Assembly (NCBI GenBank): GCA_038046385.1
Contig: JBBSWH010000011.1
Span: 32,001 to 96,000, forward strand
Length of the DNA: 64,000 nt
DNA from: Nanobdellota archaeon
GTDB taxonomy: Archaea; Nanobdellota; Nanobdellia; Woesearchaeales; GW2011-AR4
Reading direction: 5' to 3'
The position numbers and the translations under genes are program-made. This document shows, one piece after another, positions 38,910 through 48,107 of this stretch (position 1 is its first letter; each line of letters begins with the position of its first letter). The notes under the pieces were generated by a model. It was not told the origin of the DNA. It was given only the letters and a program-made list of their open reading frames with translations, and searched no databases.

Positions 38910-39308
38910 ATGTCCACTACAAACAGGGAAGATTACCTGCGCGCAATTTACATCCTTGAAGAGGAGAAGCACGAGATAAAGTCAACAGATTTGGCAAGAT
39001 ACCTTAATATCTCAAAACCAAGCGTCACTGAGATGGTGCAGGAGCTGGATAAAGAAGGCCTCGTATCCTACAAAAAATATTCTCCTCTAAAATTCACTCC
39101 AAAAGGAAGAAAGGCCGCGGCAAACCTTACAGTAAAGCACCGCGTGATAGAGCTTTTCCTGAAAAAAATACTTAAAATAAACAAAAAAAAAATACATAAC
39201 GAAGCGCACAGGCTGGAGCACGCATTCAGTGACGAGTCAATATCGAGATTAAAGAAGATTCTTGGAAATCCAAAAACAGACCCGCACGGAAAGCCGATAC
39301 CGGGATAG
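38910..39308 (+). CDS. DtxR/MntR family metal-dependent repressor
   Basis: EDYLRAIY, KHRVIE, EAHRLEH, DPHGKPIP. Confidence 0.93.
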   Translation: MSTTNREDYLRAIYILEEEKHEIKSTDLARYLNISKPSVTEMVQELDKEGLVSYKKYSPLKFTPKGRKAAANLTVKHRVIELFLKKILKINKKKIHNEAHRLEHAFSDESISRLKKILGNPKTDPHGKPIPG

Positions 39309-39324
39309 TTCTTTTTGAATAAAA

Positions 39325-40620
39325 ATGGAAGAAAAACAAACTCAGGTCAGGGAAACTCTTACGCAAAAACCTAAAAGAAAATTTAGGTTTTGCCCTGACA
39401 GGAATATGTTTGCATTTATGGGCTCTGGACTGATAGTCAGTGTGGCTTATATGGATCCTGGCAACTGGGGCACTGCTATAAGCGGCGGCGCAGAGTTCGC
39501 TTATGACCTTTTGTGGGTTGTGTGGATGGCGTCAGGAATGGCAATGCTGTTCCAATACCTCTCTGGCAAGCTCGGCATTGCAGGATACTCATTGCCGGAG
39601 CTTGTAAAGGAAAAGCTTGGAAAAAAATGGCTTGTTATGTTTTACTGGATCCTGGCAGAAATCGTAATAATTGCAACAGACCTTGCAGAATTTCTCGGAA
39701 TTGTCGTAGCTCTTAACATGCTTTTTGGAATTCCGCTGCTATGGGGCGCATACATTGCAATTGCAGATGTCTTATTAATACTTCTTTTGACAACCAAGAG
39801 GTTTAGAATTTTAGAATATTCATTTATCATCTTTGTAGGGGTTATAGGGTTGGCATATGTATACGAAATTTTTGTCACAAACCCTGATTACAGCCTCATA
39901 CTGCTTCATTCTGTTAAGCCTATCTTGACAAAAGAAAGCGCCCTCATTGCAGTGGGAATAATCGGAGCGACAGTCATGCCGCACGCTTTGTTCGTGCATT
40001 CATGGCTTGTAAAGAACAAGATGAAAAACCCGGCTTTCAAGAACAAGAAAAAAACCCTCAAGTATCATGTTTGGGACAATGTTCTGTCATTAATCATAGC
40101 CGGATTTATCAATGCTGCAATAATAATAATGGCAGCAGCGGCATTCCACTCTTCAGGAATAGCTGTTACAACGCTTAATCAGGCATACACAACACTAATC
40201 CCGCTGTTTGGAAAATTCGCTGCATTGGCATTTGCGCTCGCGCTTTTGTCTGCAGGAATCTCTTCTTCAGTTACGGGCACCCTTGCAGGCCAGTCTGTCA
40301 TGGACGGATTGACTGGATTTAAAATTCCATTATGGGTCAGGAGAGTTATAACAAGAGTTATTAACGTGATTCCGGTTACAATAGCTATCCTCATGGGGAT
40401 TGAGCCGCTAAAAATATTAATTCTTAGCCAGGTCGCATTAAGCCTGCTCATACCTCTTCCTTTGATACCTCTTATAATGTACACAGCCGATAAGAAGATT
40501 ATGAAAGAGCTTGTTAACAGAAAAATAACCACAATATTTGCAGTGATATTTGCTTTTGTTATACTCTGCTTTAATGTATACCTTCTTTATCAGGTGATAT
40601 TCGGCGGGGCAGGATTTTAA
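39325..40620 (+). CDS. mntH: Nramp Mn/Fe transporter
   Basis: AYMDPGN, GATVMPHALFVHS. Confidence 0.95.
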   Translation: MEEKQTQVRETLTQKPKRKFRFCPDRNMFAFMGSGLIVSVAYMDPGNWGTAISGGAEFAYDLLWVVWMASGMAMLFQYLSGKLGIAGYSLPELVKEKLGKKWLVMFYWILAEIVIIATDLAEFLGIVVALNMLFGIPLLWGAYIAIADVLLILLLTTKRFRILEYSFIIFVGVIGLAYVYEIFVTNPDYSLILLHSVKPILTKESALIAVGIIGATVMPHALFVHSWLVKNKMKNPAFKNKKKTLKYHVWDNVLSLIIAGFINAAIIIMAAAAFHSSGIAVTTLNQAYTTLIPLFGKFAALAFALALLSAGISSSVTGTLAGQSVMDGLTGFKIPLWVRRVITRVINVIPVTIAILMGIEPLKILILSQVALSLLIPLPLIPLIMYTADKKIMKELVNRKITTIFAVIFAFVILCFNVYLLYQVIFGGAGF

Positions 40621-40622
40621 AT

Positions 40623-41288
40623 TTACCTGCTTTTTGCAACTCCTATTTTCGGGCAATATTGCTTTATTGCGCATTTTGAACAGATTGGTGAATTTGTAAA
40701 GCAGACATTCTGCCCGTGAAGAACAAACAAGTCATTTAAGTCTCCCCAGTATTTTTTTGGGATTGTTTTCATCAAATCATCCATTGACTGCTCTGCGTTC
40801 TTTGTTTTAATCCATCCCAATCTGTTGCTTATGACATGGACGTGCACGTCAACTGGGATATAATCAGTTTTTTTATGCCCGTAAACCATTGTTATGGCGG
40901 CTGTTTTCTTTCCAACACCTTTTAGCGTCATCAGTTCTTCAAATGTATCCGGCACTTTTCCGTTGTGTTTTTCAAGAATGTCCCTGCAGATCCCTTTGAT
41001 TGTCTTTGATTTTGTTATGTAATAATTGCACGACCTGATTATTTTTTGAAATTTGTTCATCGGCATTTTTAGAATTTTTTTAGGAGTGTCCGCAGCTTCA
41101 AATAATTTTAAAGAAACCGGTCCTGTTGTCCTGTCCTGCGTCCTTAAGCTTAAAATGCATGAGATTAAAACCTTGAATGGGTCTTTTTGTATTTCCCCTA
41201 TTTTTGAAACAACCGGATTCTCAAAATTCTTGACTTCTTTTTTCAGAAGCGATATGATTTTGGAAATGTTTTTTAGATGGTGTTTCAT
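40623..41288 (-). CDS. nth: Endonuclease III
   Basis: HhH LKGVGKKTA, VDVH, C-x6-C-x2-C-x5-C. Confidence 0.94.
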   Translation of the reverse strand: MKHHLKNISKIISLLKKEVKNFENPVVSKIGEIQKDPFKVLISCILSLRTQDRTTGPVSLKLFEAADTPKKILKMPMNKFQKIIRSCNYYITKSKTIKGICRDILEKHNGKVPDTFEELMTLKGVGKKTAAITMVYGHKKTDYIPVDVHVHVISNRLGWIKTKNAEQSMDDLMKTIPKKYWGDLNDLFVLHGQNVCFTNSPICSKCAIKQYCPKIGVAKSR

Positions 41289-41971
41289 TTCAAAATCCTC
41301 CCGTTCTTTCTGCTCCAGAGCAATAAATCCAGCTCGTCCATGTCAATCCCGATTTTCTTCGAGAAATCCTTATATTTTTGTTCAATTTCTAAATAGTTTT
41401 TAGAGGTTAATTTTATGTTTTCATTCAAAACACCAAATTCACGCATAGAATTCATAATATGTTTATCTAAGATGGCATATCCTCTAAATCCTATATTTCT
41501 TAAGAAATGCGATGCTTCCTTCATCCCAAGGCCTTTTACATTAATAACAAAAAAGTTGCGCAGATCATTCTTGCTGTCTTTTAAGGAATCTATTTTTTTC
41601 CTCAATTCAAAGTTAATGAACTTTTTTAGATGTTCTCTAGTATAAACAATGTATTTTGGCCTTATTCTATTAAACCTATTCCCATCTAACTTCCGTGTCA
41701 TATCGTATGTGCTTCCCTTCATCAGTACATTTCGCACTTTATCCACAGATTTTAACCCTTCTTCTGCGCTGTTGTTTGCTGTGAATATGCAAAATGCAAG
41801 TTCCTCGAAAATCCTTTCATTATCATTTTTGTCAGAAGGAAGAAGCTTCAGATTATTGTCAATGTAGTGCCACGAATAAGGCTCATTGAAGAATTTTTCA
41901 AACTGAGAAAGTCTTTCCCTTATCTCATTTTTTTTGCTATTATATTCTACCTTTAGTTGTGCTGTCCCCAT
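41285..41971 (-). CDS. ogg: 8-oxoguanine DNA glycosylase/lyase
   Basis: KGLGMKEASHFLRNIG, AILDKH, C-terminal ILK. Confidence 0.92.
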   Translation of the reverse strand: MGTAQLKVEYNSKKNEIRERLSQFEKFFNEPYSWHYIDNNLKLLPSDKNDNERIFEELAFCIFTANNSAEEGLKSVDKVRNVLMKGSTYDMTRKLDGNRFNRIRPKYIVYTREHLKKFINFELRKKIDSLKDSKNDLRNFFVINVKGLGMKEASHFLRNIGFRGYAILDKHIMNSMREFGVLNENIKLTSKNYLEIEQKYKDFSKKIGIDMDELDLLLWSRKNGRILK

Positions 41972-41990
41972 AACCTTGGTATTACTTAAT

Positions 41991-42047
41991 GTTTTTTAAA
42001 GCTTGCCTTGGGTTTTAGAGGATGTATCTTGGCAAGCTTTAAACAAC
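41991..42047. repeat. 17-bp inverted repeat
   Basis: GTTTTTTAAAGCTTGCC / GGCAAGCTTTAAACAAC. Confidence 0.6.
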
Positions 42048-42155
42048 ACTCGGAGATTATGCAGTTGATTTGATTTTTTTATCACCTCTTAATAAATTCT
42101 GGTGATTCCTATATAAATATTTAATTGAAGAAATTATTCCTAAAAGAATAAATAT

Positions 42156-42656
42156 CTATTTCTTTTTCTTTCCTTTGCTCTTTTTTTCTTTTGTCCTTGA
42201 ATGTGCAATCCAAAAATATACTGCGATGAGGCCGGAGTAATTAAGCAGCATGAACCACCAAGTCCCCCAGCTTATTCCGTCAAATCTATAATTTGCCAAA
42301 GGCCATAAGAAAGGCGTGGGAAAAAACTTAGTTGAATGTGTCGGAATGTCAATCAGTATGTGTATCGGCCATCCAAGCATTGGCCAGAACCATTTTTTTG
42401 TTATTAAAAATACAATTAAGAAAACAACGGCAAAAACAATCAGGCTGTGCGTCATATTGTATGCAGAAAAAATCCAGCTTGGCAGCGATTCAAGCGCCGG
42501 TTTTCCCCTGTGAAGCGTTCCTGTTGCGATGCCAATCACAAAAAGAATGCCAAAAGACAGCAAATCCGGCAAAACCCCGAAAAATGCCCCAAGCCATGCG
42601 TATTTCTTTTTATTGAATACTGCATAAGCCCATAATCCGTGCGCTAAAGTGTCCAT
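42156..42656 (-). CDS. YdjM-like membrane metal-dependent hydrolase
   Basis: MDTLAHG, LPD, THSL, HILID. Confidence 0.8.
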   Translation of the reverse strand: MDTLAHGLWAYAVFNKKKYAWLGAFFGVLPDLLSFGILFVIGIATGTLHRGKPALESLPSWIFSAYNMTHSLIVFAVVFLIVFLITKKWFWPMLGWPIHILIDIPTHSTKFFPTPFLWPLANYRFDGISWGTWWFMLLNYSGLIAVYFWIAHSRTKEKKSKGKKKK

Positions 42657-42657
42657 T

Positions 42658-42762
42658 TTATTGTAAATTTAGTGTATTTAAATCTCACACTTCAGTGAGA
42701 AATTTACAATCTAGCAGACTCACTTATTAATTAATCGGTAGTGCGGTGAGTCTGCGTTATTT
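42658..42762. repeat. Double-hairpin element, family A copy 1
   Basis: ATTGTAAATT..AATTTACAAT plus GCAGACTCAC..GTGAGTCTGC-GTTATTT. Confidence 0.85.
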
Positions 42763-43317
42763 TTTTAATGTTGATTTTGATATTAAATCAAGAAGTAATG
42801 GGAACTTTGTAAATCCTGCTTCTTTGTTTAGGTGGCCCCCTTGAGGTATTATTCTTAATTCTGCTCCAACATATTTCGCAAGCTCTTTGCTTACATCGAC
42901 TGTGATGTACTCATCATTGTCAGAAGCAATAACAAAGAATTTTTTGCAGCCATTCTTTATTTTTTTCCAGTCGAATTTTTTGTCTGTAAAAGTTTCCAGT
43001 ATTTTGTCATAAGGGCTTCCAAGCTGCTTGTGGAACCCTGCAACAAGAAATACGGAATTTACTTTTTTATCGGACTGTTCAAGATAATTAAGAATAAATG
43101 CGGCCCCGAGGCTGTGTCCAATCAAAACAGTTTCTTCATTAATTTTGTCTTCATGTTTTTTGATTATTCTTAGCCAGCTTTCAAGTGTCTGGTTTAGGGG
43201 AGTAGGAAACTTAGGGACAATAGTGTCATATCCCTTTGTTTCCATCTTTTTCTTAAGCCATGGAAACCAGTTTCCATCAGGACTGCTGTAGACTCCGTGT
43301 ATTATTATGAAATTCAT
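42757..43317 (-). CDS. RBBP9/YdeN alpha/beta hydrolase
   Basis: IIHG...NWFPWL, GHSLG, SDND, GGHLN. Confidence 0.92.
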   Translation of the reverse strand: MNFIIIHGVYSSPDGNWFPWLKKKMETKGYDTIVPKFPTPLNQTLESWLRIIKKHEDKINEETVLIGHSLGAAFILNYLEQSDKKVNSVFLVAGFHKQLGSPYDKILETFTDKKFDWKKIKNGCKKFFVIASDNDEYITVDVSKELAKYVGAELRIIPQGGHLNKEAGFTKFPLLLDLISKSTLKK

Positions 43318-43829
43318 TTTATTTTTGCGTATAAGTAAGCATCAATATATTTGCCGTCTTTGCTGCAATGTTTTCTCAACAGCCCTTCTTTTTTGTATCC
43401 GTTTTTTACCAGCACCCTGGAAGATTTTTTGTTGAATGAAAACACAGTTGCATAAATTCTGATTAATTTTAAATTATTTAAGCCATAATCTGTCACAAGA
43501 TTTACCGCTTTTGTTATTATCCCTTTATTCCAATATTTTTTCCCCAGCCAGTATCCCATTTCTGCTTTATGGCATTCAATATGGTTGAATCCTATTCCCC
43601 CAACTACTTTTCCATTTATGTCGATTGCGAAATTAATCTCTTTTTTATTTTTTAATTTTGCTAATTTTAAATTATAATTTATCCACCATTTAGCGTCTTT
43701 TTTGGTAAATGGATGTGGAATCCTGCACGTATGCCTGTAAATATCAAAATCATTGACATTTTCTTTTAAAGATTCTTCATCGCCTTTTTTATAAAGCCTG
43801 ATTACAAACCCTTTTCCTTTCAGTTTCAT
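43314..43829 (-). CDS. RimJ/RimL-type GNAT acetyltransferase
   Basis: EMGYWLGKKYWNKGI...N..S.RVL.K.G. Confidence 0.9.
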   Translation of the reverse strand: MKLKGKGFVIRLYKKGDEESLKENVNDFDIYRHTCRIPHPFTKKDAKWWINYNLKLAKLKNKKEINFAIDINGKVVGGIGFNHIECHKAEMGYWLGKKYWNKGIITKAVNLVTDYGLNNLKLIRIYATVFSFNKKSSRVLVKNGYKKEGLLRKHCSKDGKYIDAYLYAKIK

Positions 43830-45598
43830 TTTCTTCTGATAAAATTGCTTAATGTAATCTGCTCATCTTTGTTTGCGCTTAAGTAAATGACCTGGCCTTC
43901 CTTGCTGCCCGACCTGTAAATAGAGATGCCTTTGCATCCAAGCTCATGCGCCATCATGAATATTTTTTCAATATCTTCAACTTTGGCATCTTTTGGCAGC
44001 GTAACTGTTTTTGAAATTCCATTGTCTACATACGTTTGGAATGCAGCCTGCATTTTTACGTGCCATTCAGCTTCAATGTCGCTTCCAATAACAAAAATGT
44101 TTCTTATTTCTTCCGGAATCTCCTTTATATTTTTTATAGACCCTTCCCTGTTTATTTTTTCAATTATTTCTTCTGTATAAATGCCGGAATCAGCAAGCTT
44201 TTCCTTCAGCTGCCTGTTGAAATAAATCAGGGTCTTTCCTTCTGCCGTGCTCCTGTTATAGCTTAATGCAAACAGCGGCTCGATTCCGCTTGACACATCT
44301 GCAATAATGCTTATAGTGCCGGTTGGCGCGATTGTTGTTCTTGTTGCATTCCTTAATACAGCGTGATTTCCCTTAAAATGCCTGCTTTTTTTATTGTAAA
44401 CGCTTTGATTCCATGCAGGAAAAGCGCCCCTTTGCCCAGCAATAGCTACAGAAGAATTATCTGCTTCATTTGAAATGAATTTCATAACCTTTTCAGCAGT
44501 TTTTAATGCTTCATCTGAATCATAAGCGATGTTCATCTTGATAAGCATGTCTGCAAACCCCATCACTCCGAGGCCAATTTTTCTGTTTTGCTCTACGAAT
44601 TTTCTGTTTGCCTCAAGAGGATAATTGCACATGTCAATAACATTATCAAGGAAATGCACAGCAGAACGGACAACTCCCTTTAGCCTTTCAAAGTCTACAG
44701 TCCCATCTTTGACAAAGTTGCTTAAATTAATGCTTCCCAGGTTGCAGGATTCATAAGGCAATAATGGCTGTTCTCCGCATGAGTCTGTTGATTCAATTGT
44801 TCCAAGTGCTGGCGTTGGATTGCTTTTGTTGATTGTATCAATAAAAATAACTCCGGGGTCTCCGTTAAGCCATGCATGTTCGCATAATATCCTGAAAATC
44901 CTGCTAGCGCTTTCTTTTTTTACAAACTTTTTGGTTCTGTAATTTATTAGATTGTAATCTTTGTCTTTGGCGACTGCATTAAGGAATTTGTCAGTGACTG
45001 CCAATGAAATGTTGAAATTTGTAAGTGTGTTCTCGCGGCTTTTTATTGTTATGAATTCCTCAACATCAGGATGATCCACATTCAGGATGCCCATGTTTGC
45101 TCCCCTTAAAGTGCCTCCCAATTTAATCTGGCCGGTTGCTGCGTCAAATACTTTCATGAATGATACTGGACCGGATGTGAATCCTGCGCTTTCAATTATG
45201 TCGCCTTTTGGCCTTAAGTTAGAGAAGTTAAATCCGGTTCCTGCGCCTGTTTTGTGGATTAAAGCAGAATCATGCAGCGTCATGAATATAGAGCTTATGT
45301 CATCTTCTATCGGAAGCACAAAGCACCCGGCCAGCTGCTGCAGTTTTCTGCCTGCATTTATCAGGGTCGGGGAATTAGGAAGAAAATCAAGCGAAGCCAT
45401 GAGGTTGTAGAACTCTTCTTCAGCCCTCTTTATGTTTTTTTTCTGGGATTTGTATTTTGCATCAGCCGATGCTACGTTTTTTGCAACCCTCCTGAACAGT
45501 TTTTCAGGCGTTTCAATTATCCTTCCCTTATCATCGCGCTTCAGGTATCTCTGCTCAAGAATCATCAATGCATTCTTCGATAAATGTGAGTGCTTCAT
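43826..45598 (-). CDS. nrdJ: Class II ribonucleotide reductase, short divergent paralogue
   Basis: PNSPTL, AGCFVL, TDSCGEQ, CNLGS, APTGTIS. Confidence 0.88.
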   Translation of the reverse strand: MKHSHLSKNALMILEQRYLKRDDKGRIIETPEKLFRRVAKNVASADAKYKSQKKNIKRAEEEFYNLMASLDFLPNSPTLINAGRKLQQLAGCFVLPIEDDISSIFMTLHDSALIHKTGAGTGFNFSNLRPKGDIIESAGFTSGPVSFMKVFDAATGQIKLGGTLRGANMGILNVDHPDVEEFITIKSRENTLTNFNISLAVTDKFLNAVAKDKDYNLINYRTKKFVKKESASRIFRILCEHAWLNGDPGVIFIDTINKSNPTPALGTIESTDSCGEQPLLPYESCNLGSINLSNFVKDGTVDFERLKGVVRSAVHFLDNVIDMCNYPLEANRKFVEQNRKIGLGVMGFADMLIKMNIAYDSDEALKTAEKVMKFISNEADNSSVAIAGQRGAFPAWNQSVYNKKSRHFKGNHAVLRNATRTTIAPTGTISIIADVSSGIEPLFALSYNRSTAEGKTLIYFNRQLKEKLADSGIYTEEIIEKINREGSIKNIKEIPEEIRNIFVIGSDIEAEWHVKMQAAFQTYVDNGISKTVTLPKDAKVEDIEKIFMMAHELGCKGISIYRSGSKEGQVIYLSANKDEQITLSNFIRRK

Positions 45599-45599
45599 T

Positions 45600-45986
45600 T
45601 TATTTTACAAATTCTACCCCTTCTTTAGTTTTAAATTTTGAATCTCCGGTTAGAAAATGCATTTCCCTCTCCAAAGAAAATGCATATCCGACACAATCAA
45701 TGTAGCTTAGCTTTTCTTTTTTATTTGCGAGTTTTATTTCCATGCCTATTTTTATTGCAGTATGAGTTAAATCCACACAAAAACCCAGCCAATAGTCAAA
45801 ATAACGGTTTGCCTTTTCTTTTCCATAAACCCTGAGAAGGTGGTAGTACAATTCCATCAAATTAAATTCAGAAGTTACCAATGCAGAATTTTCATATTTT
45901 TTGTAATTTTCATTGCCGCCAATTATCTCTATCAAGGCGTATGTATCACAAAAAAAGATTTCAGTGCTCATCATATCCCTTATCAA
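45600..45986 (-). CDS. vapC: VapC PIN-domain toxin
   Basis: DTYALIE...LSYIDC...LTGD. Confidence 0.88.
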   Translation of the reverse strand: MIRDMMSTEIFFCDTYALIEIIGGNENYKKYENSALVTSEFNLMELYYHLLRVYGKEKANRYFDYWLGFCVDLTHTAIKIGMEIKLANKKEKLSYIDCVGYAFSLEREMHFLTGDSKFKTKEGVEFVK

Positions 45987-46197
45987 TGTCTTCCATCGCC
46001 TTTTGGGTAGACATTTTAAGCTTCAATGTTCCAAAGATGCTGTCAAAACTTTTTTTTGAGTCTTTAAAAACCAAAACCTTTATTTTTTCATTTGGTTTTA
46101 TTTTTTCATCCTTAATTATATCTGCCGGTATGGTTATACCTAATGAATTTCCCCATCTTTTTGGTATTGCTTCAAATTGCTCCATTTTAATCACCAC
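45961..46197 (-). CDS. vapB: AbrB/MazE-type antitoxin
   Basis: KRWGNSLGITIP. Confidence 0.88.
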   Translation of the reverse strand: MVIKMEQFEAIPKRWGNSLGITIPADIIKDEKIKPNEKIKVLVFKDSKKSFDSIFGTLKLKMSTQKAMEDIDKGYDEH

Positions 46198-46226
46198 TTT
46201 TATGTATAATTTAATTATATATAAAC

Positions 46227-46342
46227 TTATTGTAAATTCGTGGGTTTAATGCCTATACTTCAGCACGAATTTACAATCCCGCAGACTCGCCTATTAATTA
46301 CGATGCGCAATAATGCGCCGAGTGGCGAGTCTGCGTTATTTA
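46227..46342. repeat. Double-hairpin element, family A copy 2
   Basis: 14-bp stem ATTGTAAATTCGTG and 12-bp stem CGCAGACTCGCC. Confidence 0.85.
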
Positions 46343-46385
46343 TTTTTGCAATAAATTTATATAATTTAGAATAAGAGACAATATT

Positions 46386-46664
46386 ATGGAGCATCTATCC
46401 ATTAAAGACATTCATGACAGGCTGGAGCAGCTTAATGAATGGGAACTTACAGGAGATGAGCTTGTAAAGGAATTTTCGTTTGACAGCTTCAAGGAAGCAA
46501 TGAATTTTGCGCATCAGGTCGGAGAAGAAGCTGAAAGGCAGAAGCATTATCCTGTAATCATCATAAGGGGAACCCTTGTTACAATAACATTGTCAACTCC
46601 CGCAGCAAACGGAGTCACGCACGATGATTTTAAGCTCGCAAGGGCAATAGAGCAGATGGTTTAA
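46386..46664 (+). CDS. Pterin-4a-carbinolamine dehydratase family protein
   Basis: F.F.SF.EAM.F...AE...HYP...DF.LA; usual HHP/TH His residues partly replaced. Confidence 0.8.
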   Translation: MEHLSIKDIHDRLEQLNEWELTGDELVKEFSFDSFKEAMNFAHQVGEEAERQKHYPVIIIRGTLVTITLSTPAANGVTHDDFKLARAIEQMV

Positions 46665-46728
46665 TTATTTTCAAGTTCCTTATTTCATTGAAGCAGATTA
46701 AGGGCGAGTTTGTGAACTTGTAGTCAAA

Positions 46729-46929
46729 TTATTTTCTTTTTTTGTATTTTTTTCTATAATATTCTGTTTTTAGTATGTGTAAATACTCCATAATCCATCT
46801 TACTGGCCAATATTCTTTATGACCTGGTTTTGGCCAATTACCCATTCCATCAAAAGCAGGATGAGAATCTAAATAATTTTCAATTTTGTCCGTTTTCTTT
46901 TTCAGTTCTTTAATGGATAGTTTACTCAT
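46729..46929 (-). CDS. Small hypothetical protein
   Basis: ORF coupled to the upstream gene. Confidence 0.5.
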   Translation of the reverse strand: MSKLSIKELKKKTDKIENYLDSHPAFDGMGNWPKPGHKEYWPVRWIMEYLHILKTEYYRKKYKKRK

Positions 46930-46940
46930 AGAACAAAAAA

Positions 46941-47246
46941 TTAATTTAATGCGTCTTCAATTTCTTTTTGCCTAGTAGGGAACTTTTCGATTAAAAAACG
47001 AACTAATTCTTCTGGATATCCCACCAAACGTTTAAATTCAATAGTATTTATTTTTAATTCCCTAGTGCAAGCGGCTCGTATAGTACTCTCCTTCCTACCA
47101 TTTTCTTGAGCAATTTTGTATAACGCTACATCGAAAGAATTATTATCCTTAATCATTAGTTTTGATACACCTATAACATGCTTAAATTGTTCATTTGGAT
47201 TATTTCTCTCTTCAATTTTTTTGAGCAATTTATCCCAATCTTTCAT
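46941..47246 (-). CDS. Hypothetical protein
   Basis: ORF immediately downstream of cobO. Confidence 0.55.
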   Translation of the reverse strand: MKDWDKLLKKIEERNNPNEQFKHVIGVSKLMIKDNNSFDVALYKIAQENGRKESTIRAACTRELKINTIEFKRLVGYPEELVRFLIEKFPTRQKEIEDALN

Positions 47247-47255
47247 AGTCTTAAT

Positions 47256-47864
47256 CTAGTATTCAATTCCTTTTCTCGCGATAATCCCCTTCTGCCAGGG
47301 GTGCTTTACGCTTTGGACAACATTGACATAATCTGCCAATTCTATTATCTCCTGCGGAGCGTCTCTTCCTGTAAGCACAAGTTCAACTTTGCCGTGGTTT
47401 TTCAGAATATCAAGAACCTCATTTATCGGAATAAGGTTTTTTTCCAGAACGCAGTTTATCTCATCCATTATGACCATGTCATATTCTCCGCTTTTAATTG
47501 TTTTTTTCACATGCTCCCAGCCCTGCATCGCTGCATCTTTTTCCTTTATGTCCGGCTGAAATGTAAAAGTTCCTGTTTTGTCGGAGAATTCCTTAAAGTG
47601 TTTTTGCTTGTCTTTCAAGGCATCAACGCCAAACTGCTCTATTTCAAATCCCAATTTCTTTGCGCTGTAAATTTCTCCGGTAAATCCGCTCTTAAGAAAT
47701 TGTATCATGCAAACCTGAAGATTATTTCCAACAGCCCTTAATGCCAGTCCCAATGAAGAAGTTGTCTTTCCCTTTCCGTCTCCTGTTATGACATGAACAA
47801 GGCCAAGGTGATCCTTGCTGTTGTCCCCCTTTACTTTGATTGGATTCTTTATTTTCGTGAGCAT
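47256..47864 (-). CDS. cobO: Cob(I)alamin adenosyltransferase (CobO/BtuR)
   Basis: TGDGKGKTT, QFLK, MDE, LTGR, KHP...G.ARKGIEY. Confidence 0.93.
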   Translation of the reverse strand: MLTKIKNPIKVKGDNSKDHLGLVHVITGDGKGKTTSSLGLALRAVGNNLQVCMIQFLKSGFTGEIYSAKKLGFEIEQFGVDALKDKQKHFKEFSDKTGTFTFQPDIKEKDAAMQGWEHVKKTIKSGEYDMVIMDEINCVLEKNLIPINEVLDILKNHGKVELVLTGRDAPQEIIELADYVNVVQSVKHPWQKGIIARKGIEY

Positions 47865-47961
47865 TTTAGTATAGGTAACATTTTTGGCTTTAAATATTTA
47901 TCATTAGTGGATTACTTATCAGTATTGATTAAAATTATATGTAAATTTTTTAATGTTATTA

Positions 47962-48070
47962 GTTAATGAGTTTTATTATTGAAATTTAATCCCGTTCGGC
48001 TTCGCCTCACAAAATATAGTGCTCGGGTTTCGCTCGGTTGCCAGTCGCTCAACCCTCGCCAATCTATTGT
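47962..48070. repeat. Hairpin element with tandem GA motifs (family B)
   Basis: Same blocks as 18630-18748 with different inner stems. Confidence 0.7.
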
Positions 48071-48107
48071 TATAAAATAAAAATTAATTAAAAAGAAAAA
48101 AACAAAA

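Noticed and set aside
47178-47741. Antisense shadow ORFs, this one and many others in the track
   Set aside because: They overlap confidently identified genes on the opposite strand and lack motifs.
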